Shown here: positions 10,416 through 20,473 of the stretch, piece by piece | How positions within the stretch are numbered: the first letter of the stretch is position 1 | How the letters are laid out: each line of letters opens with the position of its first letter | NCBI GenBank assembly: GCA_965649265.1 | Contig: CBFGKC010000013.1 | Coordinates: 26,879 to 90,878, forward strand | DNA: 64,000 bases | Reading direction: 5' to 3' | From: a candidate division WOR-3 bacterium | GTDB taxonomy: Bacteria > Hydrothermota > Tepidihabitantia > B3-TA06 | Made by a program: the position numbers and the translations under genes | Notes under the pieces: model-generated | What the model was told of the DNA's origin: nothing | Seen by the model: only the letters and a program-made list of their open reading frames with translations | Database searches by the model: none

Positions 10416-11015
10416 GTGAGAAGAATTCCGATTGTGATACTGCCATGCGTGATGTTTTTGATGCTGGCATCCTGCGTTTCGCCGTTCTATGGAACTGCCA
10501 GGATCGAGAAAGGATTCCACATGGAAGCAGGTGCTTGCGCCATGTCTTACATAGGTGCCTTTAGTGAATGGAATACTCCATCCTTAGGCGGAGCGGCCAG
10601 TACCGCTTTCTTTTACGGTTTTAACCCGTATCTCGGAGTCGGAGGAAGACTGGGCTTAGGCTATGGTCAGACAGGTTTCATTGTCCACGATACCGCCGGC
10701 AACCCGCACAATCCGTGGGAGTTTTTTCCCGATATAGCGCTTAACCTTCAAGCAGCCTTGCCAACCCAGTCAATAACGCCTGCATTAAGAATCGAAGGGG
10801 CGCCGCCCCGTATTTTTTCCGCTTCATTTCTTTTGGGTATAGGTGAAAAGGAAAGAATTACTCTAGGTGTAAGGGCAGGACTAACAGGTCTGGATATCCT
10901 GGCAATTGTCCGACCTTTACCAAAGCTAGGTTTATTCATAGGGGCAGATCCCTTCTTTTTATTGAATACCCCTCGGCCTGTTGTTTCCCTGGGTATCGGT
11001 TATAAGCTTTTCTAA
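10416..11015 (+). CDS. hypothetical lipoprotein / outer-membrane beta-barrel-like protein
   Basis: Lipobox LASC, amphipathic strands, C-terminal GIGYKLF; SD AGGAGG. Confidence 0.6.
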   Translation: MRRIPIVILPCVMFLMLASCVSPFYGTARIEKGFHMEAGACAMSYIGAFSEWNTPSLGGAASTAFFYGFNPYLGVGGRLGLGYGQTGFIVHDTAGNPHNPWEFFPDIALNLQAALPTQSITPALRIEGAPPRIFSASFLLGIGEKERITLGVRAGLTGLDILAIVRPLPKLGLFIGADPFFLLNTPRPVVSLGIGYKLF

Positions 11016-11022
11016 GAAAATC

Positions 11023-12135
11023 TCAGAGAGGCTTCTGATATATACGGTAGGTCTTGGTGCGCCTGGAGCCCCAGGACTCTATGATGCGGATGATGTCCAC
11101 GTTGTCCTCGAGTATCCAGCTGAACTCGCCGCCCTTGAACCCGTGCTTCTCGACTCCCTTGAACACCGAGTGGTAGAGGAGCGCGTCCAGACCCGACTTG
11201 CGGTACTGCGACATGACGCCCAGGATGAGGATTCTGATTCTCGTTATCTTGTGCTGGTTGAAAAGGAGTTTGAGGAAGCCGAAAGGAAACAGCTTGCCGT
11301 TGGCTAACCGGATGATCTGGTTTGCGTCAGGCACCGCGACCGCCATCGCGACGGGCCGGCCGTCCATCTCGACTATGGGCACGATATCGGGAACCGCTAT
11401 GGGTTTCAGCTGCTCCACTATGTGCTCGAACTCGGCGTCGGTGAATGGCACGGCACCCCAGTTTTCCTTCCATGCCTCGTCGTGAACCGCCTTCAAAAGC
11501 CTTGCTTCCTCTTCAAGCTTCTTCATGTTTATGGGCCGGACCGTAACGTTGTAGCGCTTTTTCAGGAGTTCCACGATCCTTTCAACCTTTTCGGGCATGC
11601 CGTTCTTGGTGTAAGCCTCATAGGCGTAAACGTCCTTGATCTTTTTGAACCCCTCCCCCTCCACGAGTTTTGGATAGTAAGGGAGGGTGTAAGGCATCAT
11701 CACGTAGGGTTCCTGATCGAAACCCTCGACAAGAAGGCCGATTTCCTCGTTTATATTGGGATTCAGGGGTCCGCGTACATCAGTCATCCCGCGCAGCTTC
11801 AGCCAATCGGATGCCGCGGTGAACAACTCGTGGGCGACTTCCTGATCATCGACGCATTCAAAAAACCCGAAGAATCCGGTCTTCTCGTTGTAAAGCTTGT
11901 TGTGGTTCCAGCACACAGTGGCCGCGATGCGGCCCGCATTTTTTTCATCCTTTTCTGCTAGAAAGAGTTCACGTTCGGCATGCTCCCAGAAAGGATTTTT
12001 CCCAGGCGTCAGCATGGCCTCAATGTCCGATATCAGGGGCGGTACCCACTGCTTGTTACCTTTGTAGATGGGCCAGGCCATCTCCACGAACTCCCTCAGT
12101 TCCTTGCGGGTACGAGCAGGACGGACTGAGATCAA
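11023..12135 (-). CDS. GNAT/YghO-like N-acyltransferase, candidate bacterial ceramide synthase (bCerS-like)
   Basis: AGRIAA, GFFGFFEC, VRGP.NP, GLLVEGF, EFSWILEDN motifs; stop/start overlap with the SPT-like gene. Confidence 0.7.
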   Translation of the reverse strand: MISVRPARTRKELREFVEMAWPIYKGNKQWVPPLISDIEAMLTPGKNPFWEHAERELFLAEKDEKNAGRIAATVCWNHNKLYNEKTGFFGFFECVDDQEVAHELFTAASDWLKLRGMTDVRGPLNPNINEEIGLLVEGFDQEPYVMMPYTLPYYPKLVEGEGFKKIKDVYAYEAYTKNGMPEKVERIVELLKKRYNVTVRPINMKKLEEEARLLKAVHDEAWKENWGAVPFTDAEFEHIVEQLKPIAVPDIVPIVEMDGRPVAMAVAVPDANQIIRLANGKLFPFGFLKLLFNQHKITRIRILILGVMSQYRKSGLDALLYHSVFKGVEKHGFKGGEFSWILEDNVDIIRIIESWGSRRTKTYRIYQKPL

Positions 12136-13316
12136 AGAACCCCCGTCCTTTGACCTACGGTTCCGAATATCCCCAATGCATCATGAAGCTCCTCCTGGGT
12201 ATGAGTGGCCATGTAACTCGTGCGGATGAGAGACTTTGAGGGCGGCACGCCCGGCGGAAGAACGGGATTGACGAACACGCCGGCGTGATGGAGCTCCTGC
12301 CAGAAATAGATGGTCTTCATGTCGTCGCCGAGATGCAGGGGTATGACCGGGGTTTCGCTCGTACCTATGTTAAAGCCCAGCCTGGGCAGCTCGCGCAGCA
12401 TCAGACGCGCGTTGTTCCAGAGTCTCTCGCGGCGTTCGGGTTCGGTGATCATTATTTCGAGCGCCTTTAGCGCGGCGGCCGTCGATGCGGGTGTTATCGA
12501 TGCCGAGAAGATGAGGGAGCGTGCGTTATGGCGGATGAAGGTGATAACCTTCTTTTCGCCTGCCATGTATCCCCCGAGCGAGGCGAAGGACTTGGAGAAG
12601 GTACCCATGATCAGGTCAACTTCTCCGGAAAGACCGAAATGTTCACACACACCAGCACCCGAAGAACCCATCACACCCACCGAGTGAGCCTCATCCACGA
12701 GAAGACGCGCCCCGTATTTTTTGCAGACCTTCACGAGTTCGGGAAGCGGTGTAATGTCGCCTTCCATCGAGAATATGCCGTCCACGACTACGAGCTTGCC
12801 CGATTCCTCTGGCAGGGATTCCAGGACTCTTGAGAGTGAACTCATGTCGTTATGGACGAACCTCTTCATGGTTCCCTGCGACAGGAATGCGCCGTCTATG
12901 ATGGAGGCATGGTCAAGCTTGTCGGTCACGACGAAGTCGCCTCGCTGCACGAGCGCGGAGATGGTTCCAAGGTTGCTCTGGTAACCGGTAGAGAAACAAA
13001 TACAGTCTTCCTTGTGGTTGAACGCCGCGAGCTTCGATTCCAGTTCGAGGTGAATGTCGAGTGTGCCGTTCAGAAACCGCGAACCGGTGCAGCTTGTGCC
13101 GTACTTCTCGGTCGCCTTTATTGCCGCTTCCTTTACTCGGGGGTCTGCCGTAAGGCCGAGATAGTTGTTCGACCCGAGCATGATCATCTTTTTTCCCTTA
13201 ATGATAACGTCGTGATCTGGCTGAGAGCCTATGGGTATGAAATACGGATAGTACCCCTCATCTATAGCCTTGGCGTAGATGGGGTAATAATCTTCACACT
13301 TCTGGAAAAGATCCAA
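12132..13316 (-). CDS. alpha-oxoamine synthase, serine palmitoyltransferase-like (PLP class II)
   Basis: YPYF N-terminus, GSNNYLGL, GSRFLNGT, DHASIIDG, DGIFSMEGD, DEAH, GTFSKSFASLGG, SLIFSAS. Confidence 0.75.
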   Translation of the reverse strand: MDLFQKCEDYYPIYAKAIDEGYYPYFIPIGSQPDHDVIIKGKKMIMLGSNNYLGLTADPRVKEAAIKATEKYGTSCTGSRFLNGTLDIHLELESKLAAFNHKEDCICFSTGYQSNLGTISALVQRGDFVVTDKLDHASIIDGAFLSQGTMKRFVHNDMSSLSRVLESLPEESGKLVVVDGIFSMEGDITPLPELVKVCKKYGARLLVDEAHSVGVMGSSGAGVCEHFGLSGEVDLIMGTFSKSFASLGGYMAGEKKVITFIRHNARSLIFSASITPASTAAALKALEIMITEPERRERLWNNARLMLRELPRLGFNIGTSETPVIPLHLGDDMKTIYFWQELHHAGVFVNPVLPPGVPPSKSLIRTSYMATHTQEELHDALGIFGTVGQRTGVL

Positions 13317-13580
13317 TTCTGCCTCCGTGACCTTGTAAAAGCGATTCTACGCCCGATGCTCGGGATTGTCAACTCCCGGTGTCAGGTATACGAAGGATGA
13401 GCATAATGCTTTCCCGGATAGTTAAGAAGGCAGGGCTAAGTAACGACTTCTTGAGATTTCCGAAGAGAAATCGAGTTAAGCTCTCCGGACTCAGGGGGGA
13501 GGTCTCTGGAAACCAGACAAGGCAGAAATAAACAGGGGGAAACCGGAAAACACGATCGGGGGGGCTTGTTCGGGATAAAG

Positions 13581-14555
13581 CTACTTGAGGAGCACGAACC
13601 GTGCCATGGTGCTTCGTTGAGGGTATATGATACGCACGCCGTAGACACCGGATGCACACCCGTGGCCGGACATATCCTGACCTGACCACCGGACTTCGTA
13701 ATCGGGAGGCAGCGCTTTACCCCAGTATATGCGCTGGCCGACCGAGTTAAATATCTCGTAAATCACCTCGTTCTGGCCGGTCCACCCGTTAGGGAATCGA
13801 ATCAGAACCTGTCCCCTGGCTATTGAAGGCTCTAATATGATTTTGGATCTCAACGTATCCTCAGGGGTTGTGTCGGGCTTGGGCTCGTTAAACAGGCTTA
13901 CCGCCCGATAACTGGAGTACGCAGACCATGACGCGGAGGGGTTGTACCAGACCCGGCACGCGGAGCCTGAAGCCTCGTAGAGTGCGAATGTTCCGTAAGG
14001 GGGATTGGGGCCCGGGTCGGCAACGAGCACAATGTGGTGACCCAGGTAGGCAAGGGCGTCGCCGGGTTGAACCTGGGATTTGTCTATCTTGTAGTTTCTG
14101 TTGTAAACGCCGTCAACGTTCGTTCGTGCGATGCCCCAGACCCGGCAGACGAACGCGGAGCAGTCGATGCCCGTTGTCCAGTCGGGAGGGTAGATGCCGG
14201 TCTCTTCGCCATAGTTGTAGTAGTGGCACATGTGATTGCCCGCTCCGAGGTCCTGGGTGAGTTTGTCAGGGTAGCTCGTGGTATCATCGTTGCCGCCGTA
14301 GGAGTAGGGTATGCCCTGAAAGGTGTCTCCCGCTGTCCAGTCGGATGAGCGGTGCTCCTCGCAGTCGTGCGAGGAGAACCCCCAGCGGTAGTAAGCGGTG
14401 TCCCAGTCACATGTGTTGGCAGAATCCGCAATCCAAGTTAAGGAAGCAAAACTCTCCGCCCGCTCGAGGATGAGTTCGCGGGTAGGAGGGGCGGGCTGGG
14501 GCGAGTCGATGGCGAGGGGGGCGAGGATGGCGAGGAGGGCGAATCCCGGGGTCAT
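13581..14555 (-). CDS. secreted NlpC/P60-like cysteine hydrolase with C-terminal FlgD/T9SS-A-like domain
   Basis: GIPYSYGG, GIDCSAFV, VQPGDAL...HHIVL; C-terminal IFNSVGQ...SGVYGVR; ATG at 14555 overlaps the upstream stop (the track starts at 14570). Confidence 0.7.
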   Translation of the reverse strand: MTPGFALLAILAPLAIDSPQPAPPTRELILERAESFASLTWIADSANTCDWDTAYYRWGFSSHDCEEHRSSDWTAGDTFQGIPYSYGGNDDTTSYPDKLTQDLGAGNHMCHYYNYGEETGIYPPDWTTGIDCSAFVCRVWGIARTNVDGVYNRNYKIDKSQVQPGDALAYLGHHIVLVADPGPNPPYGTFALYEASGSACRVWYNPSASWSAYSSYRAVSLFNEPKPDTTPEDTLRSKIILEPSIARGQVLIRFPNGWTGQNEVIYEIFNSVGQRIYWGKALPPDYEVRWSGQDMSGHGCASGVYGVRIIYPQRSTMARFVLLK

Positions 14556-15463
14556 AAGGAGGGTCTCCATCTGAGTATCGCCGCCTTGCTGTCAGGAATT
14601 GATGCAAAGATATAAATGTTACCGGAATCATTTACCGAAACGTTTCGCCAGTCCTGGTTGTAGAAAAAGTAATCTACAGACAAGTGATCAATTAATCTTG
14701 TGGGAACATCGTTTGCTCTTACGTAAAGATATCTCTCAATAGTGGTCAATCCTTTCCTGCTCCTCGTATCCTTACCGCCTAATATGATTCTTATTGAGTT
14801 ACTATCTTTAAGAAAAGGCAAGGCCTGCTTAGATTTTCTGTATATTTCTTCCGAAAGGTCTGTTGAAAAACCGTCGTGATAATCTGCGGTATAACCAAAT
14901 CCCATCCGATCAAAATATTTTGATTCTTTTAAGTAAAACTTCTTTTGAGATTGCTGACAACTCAGAAGACCGCCTAAATCCAGTACAGGATTCAAAGGGT
15001 AGAATCTTCTTCCAGACAGAATCAATATTATATCCTCAGGATACACAACAATATTTACAGGTCTCAGACTGGCATTTCTTACCTCCAATCGCTCCGACTC
15101 TTTTCCTTTATCGTAAGCAACAACTATGGAGGGGTTTAAACAACCAGTCAAAACGTACACCCTGTCCGAACCGTCGACCGCCATGTCCAGGGGCTTGTAA
15201 TCTAGTTTGATTTCGGAGAGAAATGACCCCGATGTGTCGTAACACAGAACCCTTGAGTTGAGCTGGTCGAGCAGATAAAGCTTCGAGTTTACGGCAAGGA
15301 GCCTTGCCGGCCCCTGGGGCTTGTCACCAGGTATTAGCCCGACCTGGTACTCGCCCGAGCCCTGGGAGAAGAGGGCGACCTCTTCGGGTCCGACATAAGG
15401 AATGCTGTCAGGGGGGTAGGTTAGAAGTGAGAGGACAAGGAGAATCAATATACTGCACGCCAT
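14552..15463 (-). CDS. secreted beta-propeller (NHL-like) protein, paralog 3
   Basis: Hydrophobic leader; GP.RL...LYLLDQLNSRVLC.DT.G and WRNV...GNIY..AAILRW shared with neighbours. Confidence 0.65.
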   Translation of the reverse strand: MACSILILLVLSLLTYPPDSIPYVGPEEVALFSQGSGEYQVGLIPGDKPQGPARLLAVNSKLYLLDQLNSRVLCYDTSGSFLSEIKLDYKPLDMAVDGSDRVYVLTGCLNPSIVVAYDKGKESERLEVRNASLRPVNIVVYPEDIILILSGRRFYPLNPVLDLGGLLSCQQSQKKFYLKESKYFDRMGFGYTADYHDGFSTDLSEEIYRKSKQALPFLKDSNSIRIILGGKDTRSRKGLTTIERYLYVRANDVPTRLIDHLSVDYFFYNQDWRNVSVNDSGNIYIFASIPDSKAAILRWRPSL

Positions 15464-16308
15464 CTGAGTATCGCCGCCCAGCCTTCCTCGGTGGATGTGA
15501 ACGCGTAGACGTTGCCGTATTGATCGATGGTGACGTTGCGCCAGCCGGTATCGTAACAGTAAAAGTTATCCGGCAGTGAGATGAACGCAGGTTCCTCGTC
15601 GGAGTCGGAGAGAACGAGAATATCCCGCAAATAGAAGGAGCCGGATTTGTCCTGAATCAACTCCTCGGAACCGATCCATACACGACCCGAGCCGTAGGCG
15701 AGCAGCACTTCATGCTTTCTGTTTCTTACGGGGTTATCGAGTCCGATGAATCTGATGCCCGATACCTCTATTCCTGCGATTGAATCGGGATCAAGCGCCT
15801 TGAGATTGGCGGCGGCTGTTTGCCCGGCTGAGGAGCCTTCCCGAACAATCGCAAAGAGTTCCATCCCCGAAACCGCAATCAGGCTGTCCGGCGGGTGCGC
15901 GACGATTGCGGTCACCGGATGTTTGATGTCGTATGGTACAGAGATTCTTTCGACCTCGATCCCATCTTTGATAACCGCTATCCTGGCGGGCTGGGTGCGG
16001 ATATCGAGGAGGTAGAGCGCACCGGATTCGCCGACTGCCAGGTCCCATGTGTGGAAAGTGGTTTTGATCTCCCTGAGGTCACTCCCCGTGGTGTCGAAGC
16101 ACAGAACCCTCGAGTTGAGCTGGTCCAGGAGATAGAGGTTCGAGCCCGCGCACGTCAGGCGGTAAGGACCCACTGGGACGTCCTCAAAGGATAGACCGAC
16201 CTGGCCGGTGCCTGAACCTTGCGAAAGCAAGATAAGGGTGTCGGGCCCGGCATACGAGAACGCCCACATCGACGAGACTGCAAACAATAAAAGCATCATC
16301 CTTTTCAT
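15445..16308 (-). CDS. secreted beta-propeller (NHL-like) protein, paralog 2
   Basis: Signal peptide; same motifs; TTGACA-16-TATTCT 7 nt before the ATG. Confidence 0.7.
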   Translation of the reverse strand: MKRMMLLLFAVSSMWAFSYAGPDTLILLSQGSGTGQVGLSFEDVPVGPYRLTCAGSNLYLLDQLNSRVLCFDTTGSDLREIKTTFHTWDLAVGESGALYLLDIRTQPARIAVIKDGIEVERISVPYDIKHPVTAIVAHPPDSLIAVSGMELFAIVREGSSAGQTAAANLKALDPDSIAGIEVSGIRFIGLDNPVRNRKHEVLLAYGSGRVWIGSEELIQDKSGSFYLRDILVLSDSDEEPAFISLPDNFYCYDTGWRNVTIDQYGNVYAFTSTEEGWAAILRWRAVY

Positions 16309-16350
16309 TATTCTTAGAATAGGCGCGGGGGATTGGTTGTCAAGTCCGGA

Positions 16351-17301
16351 TTATTCTCCGGCCTTCCAGCGGAGTATGTGCGAGTAGTCGTCGAGCAGGT
16401 GTGTTCTAAAAAGGTATATGTCGCCCGAGGGTGCTATTGCTATATCGTGGTTTGCGTAGTCGTAGGCCGAGGAGCCCGGTTCGAGTCCGGTAATTTCCGT
16501 AAGAATCCTTCCATCTTTTATAACGATGAGCCTGCGTGCGATGTACTTGTTACCCTCGTTGTCGGTCTGGATAGACGTTCCGACGACATAAAGCCTGCCC
16601 AGCCTGTCATCTGCATGAAACTGGAAGAGTTCGCGGTCTAGCGGCTCGAGGCGAACTGGGGATATGCCGCCTGATGCGGTCTTGCCCGTGAACTCCGCCT
16701 CCCAGGTATCAGGAACCCTGCCTATGTGGGAATCGGTAAGCAGGTATCTGCCCGGTCTCTCGCCCATCGGCAGCAGTCTGTAATTTTGAACATCCTTTAA
16801 CTTTCCCGACTCCCCCCCCTCCTCGACCGGAACGAGCTTGTATGCGAACCCGCCCGAAAGAAGCAAGCAGTCGCCCGAGGGTGATATGCAAACCTCTGTT
16901 ACGGACGGCGAGTCCTTTAGCGAGAACTCCATCCGCGAAATTTCCTCGCCGCGCGAGTAGGTGGAGATGAAGCCGGGTTCGACCCTGGACTCGAGGAACC
17001 ACAGCTGACCCTTTGAGTCATAAGTCACGTCAGCAGGGCAGAAAGGGACGTGAAGGGAATCCTTGACGTTGCCTGACAGATCGAATGTCAAAAGCTTGTG
17101 ATCGAGCCTTGCAAGAAGAAAGATAGTTGTATCCGACACAAGAAGTCTCAGCGGTCCATGCCCTGCACCCTCGCGTACGAACCCCAGACCGTTCTGCGCT
17201 CTCTCTGTAAAGCGCGCGACTTCAACGGGATCTTCGTAAGTCAATGCCTGAAGCGAAAGAACGAAGCCTGCAAGAGTGATAATGGATAGTATCCGTCCCA
17301 T
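16351..17301 (-). CDS. secreted beta-propeller (NHL-like) protein, paralog 1
   Basis: Signal peptide; GPLRL, DIAIAPSGDIYLF...ILRW; TTGACA-16-TACGCT 6 nt before the ATG. Confidence 0.7.
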   Translation of the reverse strand: MGRILSIITLAGFVLSLQALTYEDPVEVARFTERAQNGLGFVREGAGHGPLRLLVSDTTIFLLARLDHKLLTFDLSGNVKDSLHVPFCPADVTYDSKGQLWFLESRVEPGFISTYSRGEEISRMEFSLKDSPSVTEVCISPSGDCLLLSGGFAYKLVPVEEGGESGKLKDVQNYRLLPMGERPGRYLLTDSHIGRVPDTWEAEFTGKTASGGISPVRLEPLDRELFQFHADDRLGRLYVVGTSIQTDNEGNKYIARRLIVIKDGRILTEITGLEPGSSAYDYANHDIAIAPSGDIYLFRTHLLDDYSHILRWKAGE

Positions 17302-17378
17302 TGGCGAAGCGTACTCTGGTATACTCCATTGTCAACGAAAAGCGGTAAGTCCAATGAATGATTCGGAGTAAGCTGCGG

Positions 17379-17411
17379 CCCCCGGAGGAATACCGTGTAT
17401 TCCTCCGGGGG
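17379..17411. repeat. palindrome, family copy 3
   Basis: CCCCCGGAGGAATAC-CGT-GTATTCCTCCGGGGG 15-bp perfect stem. Confidence 0.6.
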
Positions 17412-17417
17412 ATTAAA

Positions 17418-18389
17418 TCAAAAGTTGTACGTCACATCCACAAAAGGTATCCCCGGGAATATCTCCGCGAACATCCCGTTACCCGCCATGTTAAGGAATA
17501 CGACATCGACGCTGAATCTCTCGCCGAAAAAGCGAAGCCCATAAGATAGGCCCACGATCTGGTTAAGATCGGGAACATAGTAATTCTCGGTAACGAAGGA
17601 AACCCCTCGCCACAAGCGAAAGTCTGCGCCGAGCATAAAAGCCGGTGACTGCATGGCGTAAACATCCCTGCCGGCGAAATACCCGGATTCACCGTACACG
17701 CCGTAACCGATCCCTGCGGTAATGCTTGCGTTGGAATTTCCTATGGTTCCCGCGGAGTAGGCGAGGGTTATGTTGGGCAGGCCGTATTCACCAAGCCCCC
17801 AAAGACCGATGACGCCTGCCGATAGTGCGAGATTATCCGTCAGGTTGAAGCCTATCTTGGGCATGAAAAGAAGCTCCTGACCGCCGATGCCGAGTCCCGG
17901 TATAAGGGTCACTCCGCCTGCGATGGAGATGTTTTCGGTTATCCCGTACGAGGCGTATGGGAAGAACAGCATGTAATCGGAAGCGTAACCCCTGCCCTTG
18001 CCCTGCGGCCGGCCGGTGGGGCCCAAAATAAGTCTCGAGGAGTTAGGATTGGGAAACCAGTACTTGCCGTTTCTGATAGAGTTCTCCGGAACCTCCCTTA
18101 TTCTTTTGATTTGAGATATGCCCATCGTGATCTCCCCGAAGCTCGTTTGAAAACGTACAGATTCCGTCCCGATTTCGACTATTCTTCCAATGAACGACGA
18201 GCCTTCGTCCGTATATAATATCTGGACGTTTCCCGATTCAGGCAACGCTAAACCCTCAAGGGCAGAAAGGCTTGCAGGAATAATGAAGGCTAAGGCCGTC
18301 AATAACCCGGCCAGGGCCTTGTTCATCGAATGCATCTCGATTATGCTGGATTTTACGGTAAGGCGTTCCATTTTTCCTCCTTTTTTCAC
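17418..18389 (-). CDS. hypothetical outer-membrane beta-barrel protein (paralog A); the start is probably downstream of 18389
   Basis: Signal-like segment, small N-domain, NGKYWFPNPNSSRL linker, amphipathic strands, terminal YNF. Confidence 0.65.
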   Translation of the reverse strand: MKKGGKMERLTVKSSIIEMHSMNKALAGLLTALAFIIPASLSALEGLALPESGNVQILYTDEGSSFIGRIVEIGTESVRFQTSFGEITMGISQIKRIREVPENSIRNGKYWFPNPNSSRLILGPTGRPQGKGRGYASDYMLFFPYASYGITENISIAGGVTLIPGLGIGGQELLFMPKIGFNLTDNLALSAGVIGLWGLGEYGLPNITLAYSAGTIGNSNASITAGIGYGVYGESGYFAGRDVYAMQSPAFMLGADFRLWRGVSFVTENYYVPDLNQIVGLSYGLRFFGERFSVDVVFLNMAGNGMFAEIFPGIPFVDVTYNF

Positions 18390-18534
18390 TCACGAAGTCC
18401 CTGAAGACTCCCTTCTCGCCTTATAGTTGTGGAACTATATCCTTAAACGACGGCTTTGTCAAGCCAGGTCGTCTTTGAGTGGTCCTACGCATAGTAGTAT
18501 AAAAGAGATGTGAAGTATCCGGGGTTCGATCGGC

Positions 18535-19470
18535 CTAGAATTTGTAGGTGATGGCCGCTACCGGCAGCCCGGGAAATTTACCGGAGAAGCCGTCGTACCC
18601 GACAGTATTGATGAAGGCAACATCCAGGGTAACCTTCTCGCCGAAGAAGCGAAGGCCGTAAGTGACTATAGGACTGTAATTTAACCAATTCTGGATAAGA
18701 TAGTTCTCGGTTACGAAGGCCATCTTGCGAAGGATCCTGATGCTCGACCCGACAACGAATGCGGGCGTCGTGGAGAATAACGTATCGCCAGGATTTGTTC
18801 CCTTGTAGGCGGCATATCCTCCACCCAGGGTTGCGCTCAACTCAGGCGGTCCAAGTGTCACAAGTAAGAAGGCCGCCCCTAGCGCAGGCGAGAAACTTTC
18901 GCCTCCCCAGGCCTTTGCGGCCGCAGCGCCGCCGGCTAAAGAGACGAAATTACCGAAGGATATCCCGAACTTTGACAAGACGTAGAGTCCGCCGATCTGG
19001 GTTGACAAAAGGAAGGTTCCACCCCCTGCGAGCGAGACGTTATTTGTCAGTCCGTAGGCGGCGAGCGGTGCAATAATATAATAACCCGAGACATACCCTT
19101 CTCCTTTGTTCAGGGGGCGTGCTGTAGGCGTCAGGTAAAGCCTTGATGCATTCGGGTCGGGATACCAGTACTTGCCGTTCTTGATGCTCGTGAAAGGAAC
19201 CTCAGCGATAGATTTTATATCCGGGATAAATACCACCGTGTCGGTGGAGTCGGTTCGGAAGCTAATCTCGTCGCCCAGAATCTTCTCTATCCTGCCGATA
19301 AGGGTTGCCCCTTTTTTTGTGATGAGAATCTGCAGATTAGCGGAATCGGGAAGTTTTATGTGATCCTCAACCCTTTCAGCAGTCTTGCAATATACTTCCC
19401 CACCAGGTATTAACAGGGCGAGCAATCCGAAAGTCAGTACCCACAAAGATTTCATTATCTGCTTCCTCAT
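18535..19470 (-). CDS. hypothetical outer-membrane beta-barrel protein (paralog B)
   Basis: NGKYWYPDPNASRL, FVTENY and YGLRFFGE shared with paralog A; terminal YKF. Confidence 0.65.
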   Translation of the reverse strand: MRKQIMKSLWVLTFGLLALLIPGGEVYCKTAERVEDHIKLPDSANLQILITKKGATLIGRIEKILGDEISFRTDSTDTVVFIPDIKSIAEVPFTSIKNGKYWYPDPNASRLYLTPTARPLNKGEGYVSGYYIIAPLAAYGLTNNVSLAGGGTFLLSTQIGGLYVLSKFGISFGNFVSLAGGAAAAKAWGGESFSPALGAAFLLVTLGPPELSATLGGGYAAYKGTNPGDTLFSTTPAFVVGSSIRILRKMAFVTENYLIQNWLNYSPIVTYGLRFFGEKVTLDVAFINTVGYDGFSGKFPGLPVAAITYKF

Positions 19471-19516
19471 AATACTTTAAACGGATTAGAGTACTTGTCA
19501 ACCTGTCCGGGGGAAA

Positions 19517-20344
19517 TCAGTGGAAGCTTTCTTCTTCGTCAGGGAACGATCCCTTTTGCACGTCACTTGCGTATGAATCGAGCGCCGCTCTGACTGTCTC
19601 TGCCAGTTCGGCATATCGTCTCACGAACCGCGGCTTGAAGACGGGATCGAGGCCGAGAAGATCGTAAAGAACGAGTATCTGGCCGTCGCAGTCCGGTCCG
19701 GCACCGATGCCGATAGTCGGAATTGACAGGGAGTCGGTTATTCGTCCGGCGAGCGGTGAAGGTATCTTTTCGAGAACAATGGAGAAGCAGCCGGCCTGTT
19801 CGAGGAGTTTCGCTTCGTCAAGGATGAGTTCGGCATCTGCATCCTCCCTGCCCTGAAGCTTATACCCTCCGAAGCGATTAACGGACTGGGGGGTAAGCCC
19901 CAGATGTCCCATGACAGGTATGCCTATCTCCACCAGCTTGGAGACTATCTCGCGGATATGGGGGCCTCCCCCCTCCACCTTCACAGCCTTCGCGCCCGCC
20001 TTGAGAAAGAGACCGGCGTTGGTGATGGCGACCTCCTCGGAAGGCTGGTAGGAGAGAAATGGCATATCGGCGACGAGGAGCGGATGAGTAAGACCCGAGT
20101 TGACCGCCCTGGTCAGCATGAGCATTTCATCCATCGTGATCGGAAGAGTGGTGTCGTGTCCCCATATTACGTTGGACGCCGAATCCCCAACCAGAACGAG
20201 GTGAATAGGAGTGTCGTCGATGATACGGGCGAAACTCGCATCGTAGCAGGTGACTGAGGCTATCTTATTCTTACCCTTCATCGCGCGGATGTCGGGAACC
20301 GTGATCGCCTTGGGTTTCGCTTCCCCTGGTGAGGCGTTACTCAT
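19517..20344 (-). CDS. panB: 3-methyl-2-oxobutanoate hydroxymethyltransferase
   Basis: TCYDA, LVGDS, ADMPFLSY, VKVEGG, GHLGLTPQ, TIGIGAG, DGQILV. Confidence 0.97.
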   Translation of the reverse strand: MSNASPGEAKPKAITVPDIRAMKGKNKIASVTCYDASFARIIDDTPIHLVLVGDSASNVIWGHDTTLPITMDEMLMLTRAVNSGLTHPLLVADMPFLSYQPSEEVAITNAGLFLKAGAKAVKVEGGGPHIREIVSKLVEIGIPVMGHLGLTPQSVNRFGGYKLQGREDADAELILDEAKLLEQAGCFSIVLEKIPSPLAGRITDSLSIPTIGIGAGPDCDGQILVLYDLLGLDPVFKPRFVRRYAELAETVRAALDSYASDVQKGSFPDEEESFH

Positions 20345-20440
20345 AACCTGCCGCCTTGATGCCTGGTCGAGTAAGAGATGTGGGGCCTTAAGATGACAAA
20401 ATTCAGGGTTAAAGAAGGGGTCCTCCGGAGTGGGGGGGGG

Positions 20441-20467
20441 CCAAGAAATTGCAGAGCAATTTCTTGG
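20441..20467. repeat. palindrome, family copy 4
   Basis: G-run then CCAAGAAATTGC-AGA-GCAATTTCTTGG. Confidence 0.5.
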
Positions 20468-20473
20468 TTTTTT

